A stretch of DNA of 64,000 nt from Macrostomum lignano (lineage: Eukaryota). Location of the stretch: positions 62,001-126,000 of the forward strand of contig NIVC01002178.1 in NCBI GenBank assembly GCA_002269645.1. Direction: 5' to 3'. The notes beneath the pieces are model-generated. The model saw nothing but the letters and a program-made list of their open reading frames with translations, was not told the origin of the DNA and did not search any database. Made by a program: the position numbers and the translations under genes. Shown piece by piece: positions 22,041 to 44,167 of this stretch (its first letter is position 1; each line of letters starts with the position of its first letter).

Positions 22041-24564
22041 TCTACCCCAAGAAACCAAGGCTACACAATGGTATTGCTGGGTACCCCAGAAGCAAAGTCG
22101 AGTTTTGACCTCCGAAGCAAGACTGATGACGCAAGGCCTACTAATAAATTTTGTTATTATTTGAGCACGTTCTGCCCCCATGGGGAGGAAAGATTTAACA
22201 ATCCCGTTGGGAGACTTTGGCTAATAAATGATGAAGAGTTGAAAATAATACACTGCAAGCAAACATCCCGGAAGCGGTCCAGTTATCTGGGTCAGGCTGG
22301 AGTCATCTTGACCAGCTTCCGGCAGTCTCGTCGATTTTATCCAACTAATTAATTGCCTAATAATTCTGCCATTTTTTTCAAACAGGAAATCGCTTTAATT
22401 ACTGGAGTAGAAAAATGGAGTCGAAAGAAAATGAAGCAGATGAGAGACTGAGGGAGATACCTGCTAAGCAGGCAGTTTCCGTTAACTAACCAGAGAGAAG
22501 GACTGCTAGGCTTTTGCTTGCAGCTCGTCTCGTGTAGGAGAATGCGGGTTCCACATAAGTGAACATAATTTTAAGGCATTGTTTTGCTTTACCAAGGCCT
22601 CTGTTTTGTTCTGGGATGACGAACAAACTCCAGTGGATCTTCTGCTGGTTGCGGAAACCAGACTAAAGGCTGGCAAAACTCTTCCGCTACCAGCAGCAGC
22701 AGCCGCCGAACTGTCAGACAACTTCAAGCCGAACCCGCACGCTACAAAAGCAAAAAGCATTAAAAAGTTGAGCCCTCATGTCGGCAGCGCCCTGATAATT
22801 TTCAGGTCCATTCTTAGTGTCTTTTTTGGTCTTCCCTGCTCTCGGCCAATGGTGAGAGGCCGATGGCGGTGGCAAGACGGAGGCTGGGAGGCTTCTCCAT
22901 CAGGTCGGGGAGACGGGGAGGCGGGCGCGCAGCCAGTCAGGAGCGGGTGATAGCCTCCTCCCAAGATCTTCCCTGAACTGAGGAGACCCTGAGGAGGGGG
23001 CTGTGTTATTATAAAACTGACAAGCCCCGGCGGACCCCATCGTTGTCAATTTGTATTTGCTACTAAGCTTCACTACGCAAGGCCTGAACTCGAAGTTCGG
23101 TAAGTCAACAAAAGCGTTTTAATATTTTCCCGAATAAAATACCGCCCCATGTTCTACCAGCATTGAAGCATTGGGAGCAGGACACAGATATATCTGATTG
23201 TGACTCAAAAAATCAAAAATTAATATTTCATATTTGAAGTTTCTTTTTTACTGCCTGAAAATTGTCCAAAAATTGGGGATCAGGGAGGCGTCAGTTCTTA
23301 CTCAGCTCTGCGATGTTCGCTTCCCAATCCTCAAATTCTCAGCGCCTGCCCAGGCGACTCAAGGGAACGCCGGTTTCTTTAAATCAGGGCCGCCGCGAAG
23401 TTTTCCGCGTTTATTGCTGCTTGCGCCCCCCCCCTCCGCGCCTCGCAGGTGCAATAAAATTAATGATTATCAAAGTTGCAGGGGCAGCAGGAGACACGAG
23501 GTTGAGCAACCCCGTCCCCACCCACCTGTCTCTCGCTGTTTCTGGTTGAACTCAGTTTTTAAAGCTTAAAACGCGGCAGAACACCCGATGATGAGTCTGC
23601 TGATGAAGAGGTGCGGGCTGCTGCTAAGAAGGATGAGGGACAGAAACTGCTTAGGGCAGCAACACGCTGAATGAGAACCCGCTGTGCAACCCACAGAGCA
23701 ACAGTCTGCCTCCCTGATCTGGGGCTGAGCTGAGCAAGGCTCTGGGAAGGCTCAGGACGCCGAGGGGATCTAACGGGGAGATGGTGGCGCTCTGAGGGGT
23801 GGGGCGCATAAAAATTTCATGAAAATTTCCTAAAGCGCTCCGGTCATGGGGGGATGGCGATCTTGCCCGCCACCACAGAGGGAGGCTCCGCAACCATCTG
23901 AGCTGGCTTTTTTGTTTTGAAGATGCCCGCATAATTTTTGTCCACGACTGTCGCTCCCGCCAGACGGCCGGGGCTTTGCCTGCCTTCAGCTCCGCAACTC
24001 TGGGTGACTTTGGCCTCAGCTAAATTGCTTTCCTCCCGGCTGGGGGGGGGGGATGAGGATCCTATCCATTTTGGGGATAATTGCTCCGTGTGCCCCCTTC
24101 GAACAATTTGGAGGAAGCGAATCATTATCTTAAGCGGCCTGGTGGGGTAATTTCTTTCGAATAAGTTTCCATCGGCTTGAACCGCCAGTTGGCGGCAAAG
24201 TTGATGGAGAGAAGCAACAGAGAAGCTGCTGCCTTCCTCTTGTAAAAATACAAGCCGGATCTTGACTCCTCCCCGGCCATCATCGATCCCAGATGAGTGA
24301 CTTCCTGTTCCCAACCCCCTCCCCGCCGCCGGCTCCCGCAACCCTTCCAGTCGCCGCCAGTTTCTCCTAAAAACAAAACGAGACCCCCAAAGCTTGTGGA
24401 GTTTCAAGTTTAGACAGCTCAGCGCCACCCTCCCTTCTCCCCCGATTCGAAAGTTATTTCTGCTCCAAATCTGCTTTCTAACCTTCCGTGCAGGACTCGG
24501 ATCGCACATCCGGAACTTGCTGGTCAGTATCGAGCGCCAACTCTGCAGTTCAACAGTCGTCGAG

Positions 24565-33635
<9,071 letters not shown>

Positions 33636-35061
33636 AAAGATTAAAAACATTGCTGCTTTTGCTCGATCTGTGACACTCAAAACTGATTTAGACTAGCTTT
33701 TTAATATCTTACTATTGATTAATTGATTATAGTTCACTGTCAAGCTTGTCAAGTCTAAAGCAGCACTACACATGTATACCATAAAAAATAGAAGTTCTAT
33801 GGATGAAATTGCATAGAAGGGGGCTCGTCTTTGACTTTGGCCCAAAAAATTTAAATAGGTGTGGATAAAACGATTTTGTGTGTTCTAATAATGTGCTTTA
33901 TTATTGCATGAAGAGGTCAGGTGTTGTCTGCTAAATCTCTCTGTTACCGCAATGCCCCATACTCATTCCTTATACAATTACAGGTACGTGTGTCCAATTG
34001 ATTTATATAACCTTTTGTAAATAACTCCTTCACAAATAAGTCGAATTTTGTGCGCTATTGATAAAAGGACAGTATACATAGTTAACTCTTTTGCTGTCTG
34101 CTTTCGCAATAATATTGAATTTAGATGCAGAAGCAAGTTAAGATGAACTCTTCAGAAAATTTCAGAAAATGAACATTGAGAGATGCGTAGGCTCCCGTCT
34201 AATCGTAATCCATTATACTAAAATCTAATTTGATAATCTGAATTTAACAAAAATGCACAAAAAATATACAGTTTGGTATTGCAAGTCTGCATCATTACGG
34301 TAATACTAGTTAATGGACTTTATGCAATTTCATTTGTGTTTAATCTTTTGAATTTATGAGCCGTGATAGAATAAAAAGTAGGAAAATGTCTGTTATGCTA
34401 CTCGTCAGTAGACTAGTAGGCAGTTAATTTTTTTATCGTCTGCGTTAGGACAAGTTCAGCGTGAACAATTGAAGGTCTTTATAAAATTCTGATCCAACAA
34501 CGGTTATAGGCTCGAAACAAGCTCGAAACGTCGTAGACAGTAAGTAAACTTCCTAAATTCGAAACTTCACGTGCTTGAAATTTCACAAACTCGAATATTC
34601 AGAACTTTACTCCAGCATACCTACCTATACACATACCATGAAACACATGCACTACACATAGCTACTGTAATAAAAATTATTGCAAAAATGAAGATCCGTA
34701 CTGGCCAGTATGTTCATATATTGCTAATAATCCTTTCTTAGCTTCCAGTTTACAGCTGTGTCCATTTAAACATGAATTCAAACTAGAAATTGTTAATTGG
34801 TTGTCTCCTACTTGCTTCTAACATTCTGATTATTTGTTTTATTAAACTAAAGTAAACAATGCTCTTCTACTAAAAATATCGCTGCTACAATGAAATGCCC
34901 TTTGATTATTTTAGGTTATTGCGTTCCGTAGTTGTTTTTTGTTTGCTTTAAATCCTTTGAACCGCATGCAAGCATGCAAGCCAAAGAAGCGCCTTTCAAA
35001 ATTTTTTAAAAGAACGACAGTCAGGACAGTGCAAAATGGGTGTGGTCGTGCTAATACTGTA

Positions 35062-35092
35062 CAAGGACCACTAGAAGTTCTAGTGGTCCTTG
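35062..35092. mobile_element. 31-bp perfect palindromic micro-element with 8-bp TSD
   Basis: CAAGGACCACTAGAA-G-TTCTAGTGGTCCTTG flanked by ATACTGTA at 35054-35061 and 35093-35100. Confidence 0.75.
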
Positions 35093-35110
35093 ATACTGTA
35101 TCGTTAGAAG

Positions 35111-35653
35111 GGGGTGCTTTCACAAGGTCGAAATTTCACAACGTCGAAAAGTAAATTATTTCACAAGGTCGAAACTTCACAAGGTCGAAATTTCACAACA
35201 TCGAAAACTCAAGTGCAGCCACTTTCACAAGGTCGAAACTTCATAAGCTCGAAATTTCACAAAGTCGAAAATTGTATATATCAAGAACCATACAGTAGTT
35301 TTCTACGTTGTGAAATTTCGACCTTTTTGAAGTTTCGACCTTGTGAAGTCTCTTGCTAAAACTTTCGATGTTATGAAATTTCGACCTTGTGAAGTTTCGA
35401 CCTTATGAAAGTGGCTGCTGTTTAACTTTTCTACGTTGTGAAATTTCGACCTTGTGAAATTTCGACCTTATGAAGTCCTTTGCTAAAGTTTTCGATGTTG
35501 TGAAATTTCGACCTTGTGAAGTTTCGACCTTGTGAAAGTGGCTGCTATTTGAGTTTTCGATGTTATGAAATTTCGACCTTGTGAAATTTCGACCTTGTGA
35601 AAGAAGGTGCTTTCGACGTTGTGAAATTTCGAGTTTGTGAAACCCCCCCCCCC
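35111..35653. mobile_element. non-autonomous Foldback/MULE-like MITE (~540 bp)
   Basis: 9-bp TSD CGTTAGAAG (35102-35110, 35654-35662); G-run/C-run termini; arms of 16-bp TTTCACAAGGTCGAAA subrepeats in inverted orientation; no ORF. Confidence 0.85.
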
Positions 35654-36288
35654 CGTTAGAAGATCATTTCGTGCGTCTTGGTAGGAAGGACCTCCTCTAC
35701 AGAAGCCTTATTCATTGTAAAATGTAAAAAAGCAAAGCTCAGGGCAAATGTGTGACGCTGACACGCATAAACTGCGTGACACAGTACAGTATGAGTGGAG
35801 CAAGTTGTATGAAAATAGACACGACAAGCCCCCAAACCCCCAAGGCAAGGCCATTTGGTAAAATTCAGCTAGTGTTGTATTGGCCAAGCCCCAAGGCCAT
35901 TAGCTTTGGCTATGTACATTCCCAAACCCTCCTCCCTAGTCTGGACTGTACAATCTATTGGGGGTATAGGAGTAAACTGTACACTAGCTTAACCTCTGCT
36001 ATCTCTAGAGTACAGGGCTTGGAATTGCTTCACACCCCAAAACCTCCAAACGAACAAATATAAGTGCAAACACAGGCCGAACTGGAAGAACCCAGGACAA
36101 GAGCTATAGCTGGGCCTAGGGTCCTAGGGCAAACTGAAAAAGAAAAAAACGGTAAGGCTTGTTTGAAGTCCAACAAGTCGTGCAAAAAGCAACTAGGGGA
36201 AAAACAAGCTAAAAATCATTCTGTTCCTTCTTATTTTCAAGACTATTAGATTAAATAGTATTGAATTGAATGGGAAGCAGCCACCACC

Positions 36289-36519
36289 ATGGCTTCATCG
36301 TCGCATGATGCAATCAGCAGCGGCCGGTCAGAGGACGCCACTGTCAGTGTCGGCTCGCCGCCCAACTCGCCAGTGCTAGCCAACTATCCGTCATCCATAG
36401 TAGGCGCCAGCGTCAACAACAAGCAGAAATGCTTTCACGTTGACATTGTCCTGCCAGACGGTTCCCTGCGACAGGTGGAGGTTGACTTCAAGGCTAATGG
36501 TCAAGAGTGCTTGGATAAG
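36289..36519 (+). CDS. MYLIP: MYLIP exon 1
   Basis: Kozak ATG; FERM start; donor GTGCGC at 36520. Confidence 0.88.
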
Positions 36520-39500
36520 GTGCGCTTTGTTTTGATTTGTTTAATCGATTTTTTAGTGAAATATTGTTTCGATCTTATCGACTAGACTTTTAAATGCTTA
36601 TTTAGCAAATTATTATAATATCATCAGCATAGTAATAAGTGTAATTATTTAGGCAGTCTTCCAGCTTTCTAATAAAACAAGCAGTTAAATAATTTGGTCA
36701 TTTATAAAAATAGATTCATTATAACTATAAGATTAGGCAGTTTTCTACGAGATAAGCTAGGCAATAAAGTATTTTCTTATCTTATCTTAGCTCCAGTACA
36801 TGCATACCCAGGCTTTTCATTCTTTGTTGGTATTTTGCACAGAATAAAACTAATATTGCCATTTTTAGTGGACCTTTTTTATGATATACCAGAATTGCTA
36901 TAAAAATTCCTACTTATTTCGATATACATGCTCTGCAGATCTGCAATAGTCTGGGCATTGTGGAAGAGGTGGACTACTTTGGCCTGACCTATTATGGACC
37001 AAAGCAAGAGGAGCTGTGGGTCAACATGCGCAACAGGCTGTTCAAGCAGCTGTCAACTGGTCAGCCAGTGCCGCGGATGCAGCTGAGGGTCAAGTTTTTT
37101 GTACAGCCGCACATGCTGCTGCAGGAGGAGACTAAGTAAGTGCAAAGTTTAACTAGTTAGATGCCGAGGCTTTTTAATATCTAACAACAAGCATAGTTAC
37201 TCTCGCCGTCTACTCCTTATTTTGTTTGAAATACTTTCCAGGCACTTGTTTTTCCTTGATGTTCGCAGTCAGCTGATTGACCACGGCAACTGGCTGCTGC
37301 TGGATGACTGGCGCCACGCTGCAGCAGCCGCCGCCGCCATTGAAGAGCCGCCGACTCCAGCTTCCTCTTCATCAACCGGATTAGCGATATCATCTGGCAA
37401 TACCAGTCTGACACTCGACCTGCTCATCGCCCTGCTCGCCCAGGCCGAGTTTGGCGACTTTGATTCCCGCCGGACCCCTATAAAGTACCAGAAGTACTGG
37501 CGAGAGCAGGGAGATATTCCGGCTGAGGTGATCGCTGCTACAGCTGAAGCTCACAGGTAGGCAATGGTGATCCGTTTTCCAATGACTCTGCTGTTCTAGC
37601 GACTCGTCTTTAGTGACATCCTTTTCCGAATTTCCGCCCCCAGCTATCTTTGTGACACCCGTTTTCCGCCCCCAAGTAGTCTTAGTGACACCCGCTTTCC
37701 GCCCCAGTTATCTTAGTGACACCCGTTTTCCGCCCCCGGTTTTCTTAGTGACACCCGCTTTCCGCCCCCAGTTTTCTTAGTGACACCCGCTTTCCGCCCG
37801 CAGTTTTCTTAGTGACACCCGCTTTCCGCCCGCAGTTTTCTTAGTGACACCCGCTTTCCGCCCGCAGTTTTCTTAGTGACACCCGCTTTCCGCCCCCAGT
37901 TTTCTTAGTGACACCCGCTTTCCGCCCGCAGTTTTCTTAGTGACACCCGCTTTCCGCCCGCAGTTTTCTTAGTGACACCCGCTTTCCGCCCGCTGTTTTC
38001 TTAGTGACACCCGTTTTCCGCCCCTCGTTTTTTAGTTGTTATTTAAGTGAACCCAGTTCTCTAGATCCCAATGAATCCAGTTCAATCCCACCCGTGGAAT
38101 CCTCTAATATACTAAATCCCTGCTATATCCCTCATCAGGCGCCTGTCAGGCCTCTCTCCGGCCAGCGCCGAGTACCGGCTGCTGCAGCTGGCGGCCGGCC
38201 TGCCGATGTACGGCAGCCACTATCACGAGGTCAAAGACTGCTTTGAGACCAAGCTCAACATCGCCGTTGGGCCCTCGGCAATCTGCGTTTGCAGGGAAAA
38301 TAAACAGGTTCTGGATAGGTGAGTTCGCCTGAGTAAACAGCAGGAGTAACTATTGCTGTGTTTTAACTGTCAAACGCCTCGCCATCTAATCATTTTCTTA
38401 ATATCCTGCACTATAAAATGACTTTGTGGTAAAGCTGCTTGTTGAATGTCGATTGACACACTCAATGTACTTTTACGTCTCGCCGTGGCCGTTTCATATT
38501 TCTTTCCTATGTTTACTGACTCTGACAAACCTGCCTGCCTCTAGACTTCTCTTTTGGACTTCAGAATCCCCCCTCCAAGCTTCCCAAGTATAGGATTTTT
38601 TCTAACCGCTTCGGCTTCCGCGTCCTTTCCTTAATCCCGTCGGTTTTTCGCCCCTACCCCGTTTAAATCAATATCCCCGACCGCCTCACCTTCCTCTGCG
38701 CTGCAAATGATTTGCTAATTATTGATTGACTTGCTACCTCGCTGACCCGTTTCACTTCTCTGAGCAAAGTTATTCGCTGATACTCCTCCAGTCCACTGGC
38801 GACTTAGTCTTACAAATAAAGGTCAAATCTAACTAGGCAGAGTTATAGGGAAATTAATTCAAGTGCTGGGATTTCTGTGTGCGTTGGGGATCTGGAACCT
38901 TAGTTGGGGAACTGGATCCAATGGGTTAGGATCTGGATTCAGGCATTTGGGATCTGGATTCAGGGATTTGGGATCTGGATTCAGGGATTTGGGATCTATA
39001 TTCAGGGATTTGGGATCTAGATTCAGGGATTTAGGATCTAGATTCAGGGATTTGGGATCTAGATTCAGGGACTTGGGATCTAGATTCAGGGATTTGGGAT
39101 CTAGATTCAGGGACTTGGGATCTAGATTCAGGGATTTGGGATCTAGATTCAGGGATTTAGGATCTAGATTCAGGGATTTGGGATCTAGATTCAGGGAGTT
39201 GGGATCTAGATTCAGGGATTTAGGATCTAGATTCAGGGATTTGGGATCTAGATTCAGGGATTTGGGATCTAGATTCAGGGATTTGGGATCTAGATTCAGG
39301 GATTTGGGATCTAGATTCAGGGATTTAGGATCTAGATTCAGGGATTTAGGATCTAGATTCAGGGATTTGGGATCTAGATTCAGGGACTTGGGATCTAGAT
39401 TCAGGGATTTGGGATCTAGATTCAGGGACTTGGGATCTAGATTCAGGGATTTGGGATCTAGATTCAGGGATTTGGGATCTAGATTCAGGGATTTGGGATC

Positions 39501-42378
39501 TAGATTCAGGGATTTGGGATCTAGATTCAGGGAGTTGGGATCTAGATTCAGGGATTTAGGATCTAGATTCAGGGATTTGGGATCTAGATTCAGGGAGTTG
39601 GGATCTAGATTCAGGGATTTGGGATCTAGATTCAGGGATTTAGGATCTAGATTCAGGGAGTTGGGATCTAGATTCAGGGATTTAGGATCTAGATTCAGGG
39701 ATTTGGGATCTAGATTCAGGGAGTTGGGATCTAGATTCAGGGATTTGGGATCTAGATTCAGGGAGTTGGGATCTAGATTCAGGGATTTAGAATCTAGATT
39801 CAGGGATTTGGGATCTAGATTCAGGGATTTGGGATCTAGATTCAGGGAGTTGGGATCTAGATTCAGGGATTTGGGATCTAGATTCAGGGATTTGGGATCT
39901 GGATTCAGGGATTCGGGATCTGGATTCAGGGATTCGGGATCTAGATTCTGGGATTTGGGATCTAGATTCAGGGATTTGGGATCTAGATTCAGGGATTTGG
40001 GATCTGGATTCAGGGATTCGGGATCTGGATTCAGGGATTCGGGATCTAGATTCTGGGATTTGGGATCTAGATTCAGGGATTTGGGATCTAGATTCAGGGA
40101 TTTGGGATCTAGACTCAGGGAGTTGGGATCTGGATTCAGGGATTTGGGATCTGGATTCAGGGAATTGGGATCTGGATTCAGGGATTTGGGATCTGGATTC
40201 AGGGATTCGGGATCTCAAATTCATAAATTTGAAATCTGGATTCACAATTTTAGATGTTTTGAGTTGGTGCGTACATGGCATTATGGCTGAACACGTCGCC
40301 AACGTCACCCGTCTCCAGGTACCCGTACCCCCGCGTCCAGAAGGTGACCATCAGCGACCGCGTGCTGTACCTGTCTCTCAGCCAGGAGAACGGCAGCGTC
40401 AAGGAAGTCGGCTACCGGCTCGTGTCGCAGAAGGCGGCCAACGGGCTGTACCGTTGCGTCACGGAGACGCACAGCTTCTTCCGCTGCGACACCGTGCGGA
40501 CGGACGTCTCCGCCCAGACCTGCCGCGACATCAAGGGGGCCCTGGTGTCCTTCTTCACCGAGCACGACAATTCCATGGGTGAGCGGCCTCTGAATCTCAC
40601 TCCTTTATCCTGAATCTCTCACTCTGACTCTCACTATGATTCTTTCATCCTGACTTGTACCCTGACTCTCTGGCTCTTTCATCCTGACTCTCACCCTCAC
40701 TCTCTGACTTTTTCATCTTGACTCTCACCCTCACTCTCTGACTTTTTCATCTTGACTCTCACCCTCACTCTCTGACTTTTTCATCTTGACTCTCACCCTC
40801 ACTCTCTGACTTTTTCATCTTGACTCTCACCCTCACTCTCTGACTTTTTCATCTTGACTCTCACCCTCACTCTCTGACTTTTTCATCTTGACTCTCACCC
40901 TCACTCTCTGACTCTCTCATCCTGACTCTCACCACCACTCTCACTGTCTCACCCTGACTCTCACTTTCGACTCTATCAGCCTGACTCTTTGCAACCTCAT
41001 GTTTTACTTTACTTCTGTTCTGTCTAAGTCCAATGTCCTTAAAATTTTGGTGCATGTTTTCACCAGATTTCGTCTTATGTTGTCCTGTCTGGACCTGCAG
41101 CCTCCAATCTCTTCTGGCTACTCGGCTTCACATAGTTATAATATTTATACATTTCCTAGGAAAAGTACAGCTGATACGCCTTCCCACTGTCATGTTCCAA
41201 CTTGATTTATGGCCAGCTGCCCCAGCCGTGATTTATCTCCATCCATTCCATCTTTGGAGTTCCGCTTTGACGCTTGAACACACCCCACACACCCGCCCCT
41301 GTCCCGCTGTGCACTTCGACGAAGGTACGGACCCAGTAGTGTTATCCCTATTGACGTCAGCAGCAGCGCAGAACCGGGTAGGGGATCTGTTTCCCCACTG
41401 CCTATTTTCCTTCGCTCTCCCCTCCTCTCCCTGTATGCTCCCCCACACGCTGAATGTCAAAAAATTGATCTGCAGAGTCAGGGGATTGCAGAATAAATAC
41501 AGCAGGCTCACGAAGGACTGAAGGTCAACGCTTATGCGGAATTATGTGCACTTTTAAGCATAAACTTGGACTACTTGGTTTCTTTCTGTCTCTGTCACAA
41601 GTAGCAGCTGCTGCTGGGCGCAACGGGTTATAGCGGGAATGCTCACACGTGACAGAACAGAGCTCCGGTTATCGCTTGGGTTTTGTTTGTCTTCCGACTT
41701 TGGTTTGTATAGATAAATTTCTTTCTTTATTAAGCATGGAAAGACGTATCACGTGTGTTTGGCAGGGACTACTCAAATAGAATGACGCAAGTTTTACCGA
41801 AAAGTGCATAACGTAGATATGTAAAATTGTTATTACTTTTGATAGCGGGCAGACCCAACGTTCATCTTTTGATATGCCTTGCCTATCGTATAGCTCTATT
41901 GGCATTCATAAAGCTTTTCGTTTAGAAAACTGGAATCTTTGTGAGTTTTATATCCCACTAGCTAGATGGCCGGCCTGTTTAGTACTTAAACGCCTTGAGT
42001 TGAAAGCCTGGACTGGGGAGTTGAAATCGCTCAATTTTATCTGCAGTCTAAAGTTTAACAACTAAACCAGTGGCCTTTGGACCCTTTGAAGCCAAAGAAT
42101 GCGAAGCCTATGAATTGCACCAGAGCTAGGAATATTGGAGGGAGAATTTAGACTTTCGGCGATATGACTTTTAAGGATGCAAAGCGCTGCCGTTTCAGAG
42201 AATGTCTGCTTGACTTTAAAAGGTAATTTTTTTCGACGTATCAAGAAAGTACACGAGACTGGTACTGACCATGCTCTGGAGTAGAAGTGCATAACGTTAT
42301 CTGCCTAGCATTTTATTGAGGTAATTTATTCCGATCTCGATTATTCATTAGGGCCTCTAGAATGGAAGTGGCAATTTC

Positions 42379-42433
<55 letters not shown>

Positions 42434-42436
42434 TAG

Positions 42437-42505
<69 letters not shown>

Positions 42506-42632
42506 TAGTGTCTGTCTTAGTGTCTGTCTGTCCTTCTGTCTTAGTGTCTGTCTGTCTTAGTGTCTGTCTGTCCTTCTGTCTTAGTGTCTGTCTGTCTTAG
42601 TGTCTGTCTGTCTTAGTGTCTGTCTGTCTTAG

Positions 42633-42681
<49 letters not shown>

Positions 42682-42758
42682 TAGTGTCTGTCTGTCTGTC
42701 TGTCTTAGTTTCTGTCTGTCTTAGTGTCTGTCTGTCTTAGTGTCTGTCTGTCTGTGAG

Positions 42759-42820
<62 letters not shown>

Positions 42821-42915
42821 TTCTGTCTGTCTGTCCTTCTGTCTTAGTGTCTTAGTGTCTGTCTTAGTGTCTGTCTGTCTTAGTGTCTGTCTGTCTTAGT
42901 GTCTGTCTGTCTTAG

Positions 42916-42949
<34 letters not shown>

Positions 42950-43946
42950 CAATATAAGGTCTCCAAAGTGCGTTCGTTTCCAACGCATCCCAGAATTCCC
43001 CCGGAGTCCTCTAATTTCCATATATTTCTGTATCCCAGTTCATACAGCTGGCAGGCTAGCTGGGATTTGGTCACGTGAGGCGCGTGACGCATTTTGGTGC
43101 GAGTTGAGGCTTGAGGTGAACTTTTTCTATTGCATAGCGGCAATGCGGTGAGCAGCTGAGCTCAGTCAGTCAGTCACTGCAGTAACAGGAGAAGGCTGTG
43201 GCCTGCCAGAAAAATCTGTTCTATTCAATCCTGTGCGCGTCCTTGCATTGTCATTGAGTGTTGCCTTCTCAGCTCGACATTAAAGACTGCATACGTGTTG
43301 CAGCTCGTATTTCACTGTACTCTTTGCAACCAGCTGTGCAAAGTCTTAGCTGAGTTTAAGGCAACTGCCAGTGCGAGGCCAGGGACTCCCAAAGCTCACC
43401 TGGACTGGAAACCCCTCAGTCTTACTATTAGGGGGCATGGCGGCAAGAAACATAGCAAAACTTGGATTTAAATCAATTGGAGCTGATTAACTTTTAGGTT
43501 GACTAAGTTTCGGGCTGGAGTAATTTCTTCCCCTCTCTGACTCTCCTGCTGATACCTGCACAGTTACTGATATGGTATATCCAGCTTTATGGTTAATCTC
43601 TACTCCCAAAATCCCCCATCCCCGAATTCCAGTCAGGGACTTCGTCTTCGACATCCAACGAACAGCCAAGGAAGTCCACGACGATGCCAGACGGCGGCTC
43701 TACCGGTGCAACTCGGCCGCCAACTCGCCAACCTCCTCTGGCGCGTTCAGCTTCGACGAATCCTCCATGACGCCGCCGCCGCAGGCGGTGCCTCAGCAGC
43801 AACAGCCGCCACCTGATCCAGCTGTAACACCCGCATCCAGCAATGCCGAGGTTCAAAGCATTGAAGAGGTTTGTTTATGAAGTTTAAATGATAGATAGAT
43901 TAGATAGATCGATAAATAGTAGATAGATTGATTGATTGATAGATTA

Positions 43947-43995
<49 letters not shown>

Positions 43996-44122
43996 GACAG
44001 ACAGACAGACAGAGACAGACAGACAGACAGAGACAGACAGACAGACAGAGACAGACAGACAGACAGACAGAGACAGACAGACAGACAGAGACAGACAGAC
44101 AGACAGAGACAGACAGACAGAC

Positions 44123-44167
<45 letters not shown>

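Noticed and set aside
38863-40290. 475-aa (RFRDLGS)n ORF resembling an RS/RD splicing factor
   Set aside because: It lies wholly in MYLIP intron 4 and is a 21-bp minisatellite that happens to lack stops.
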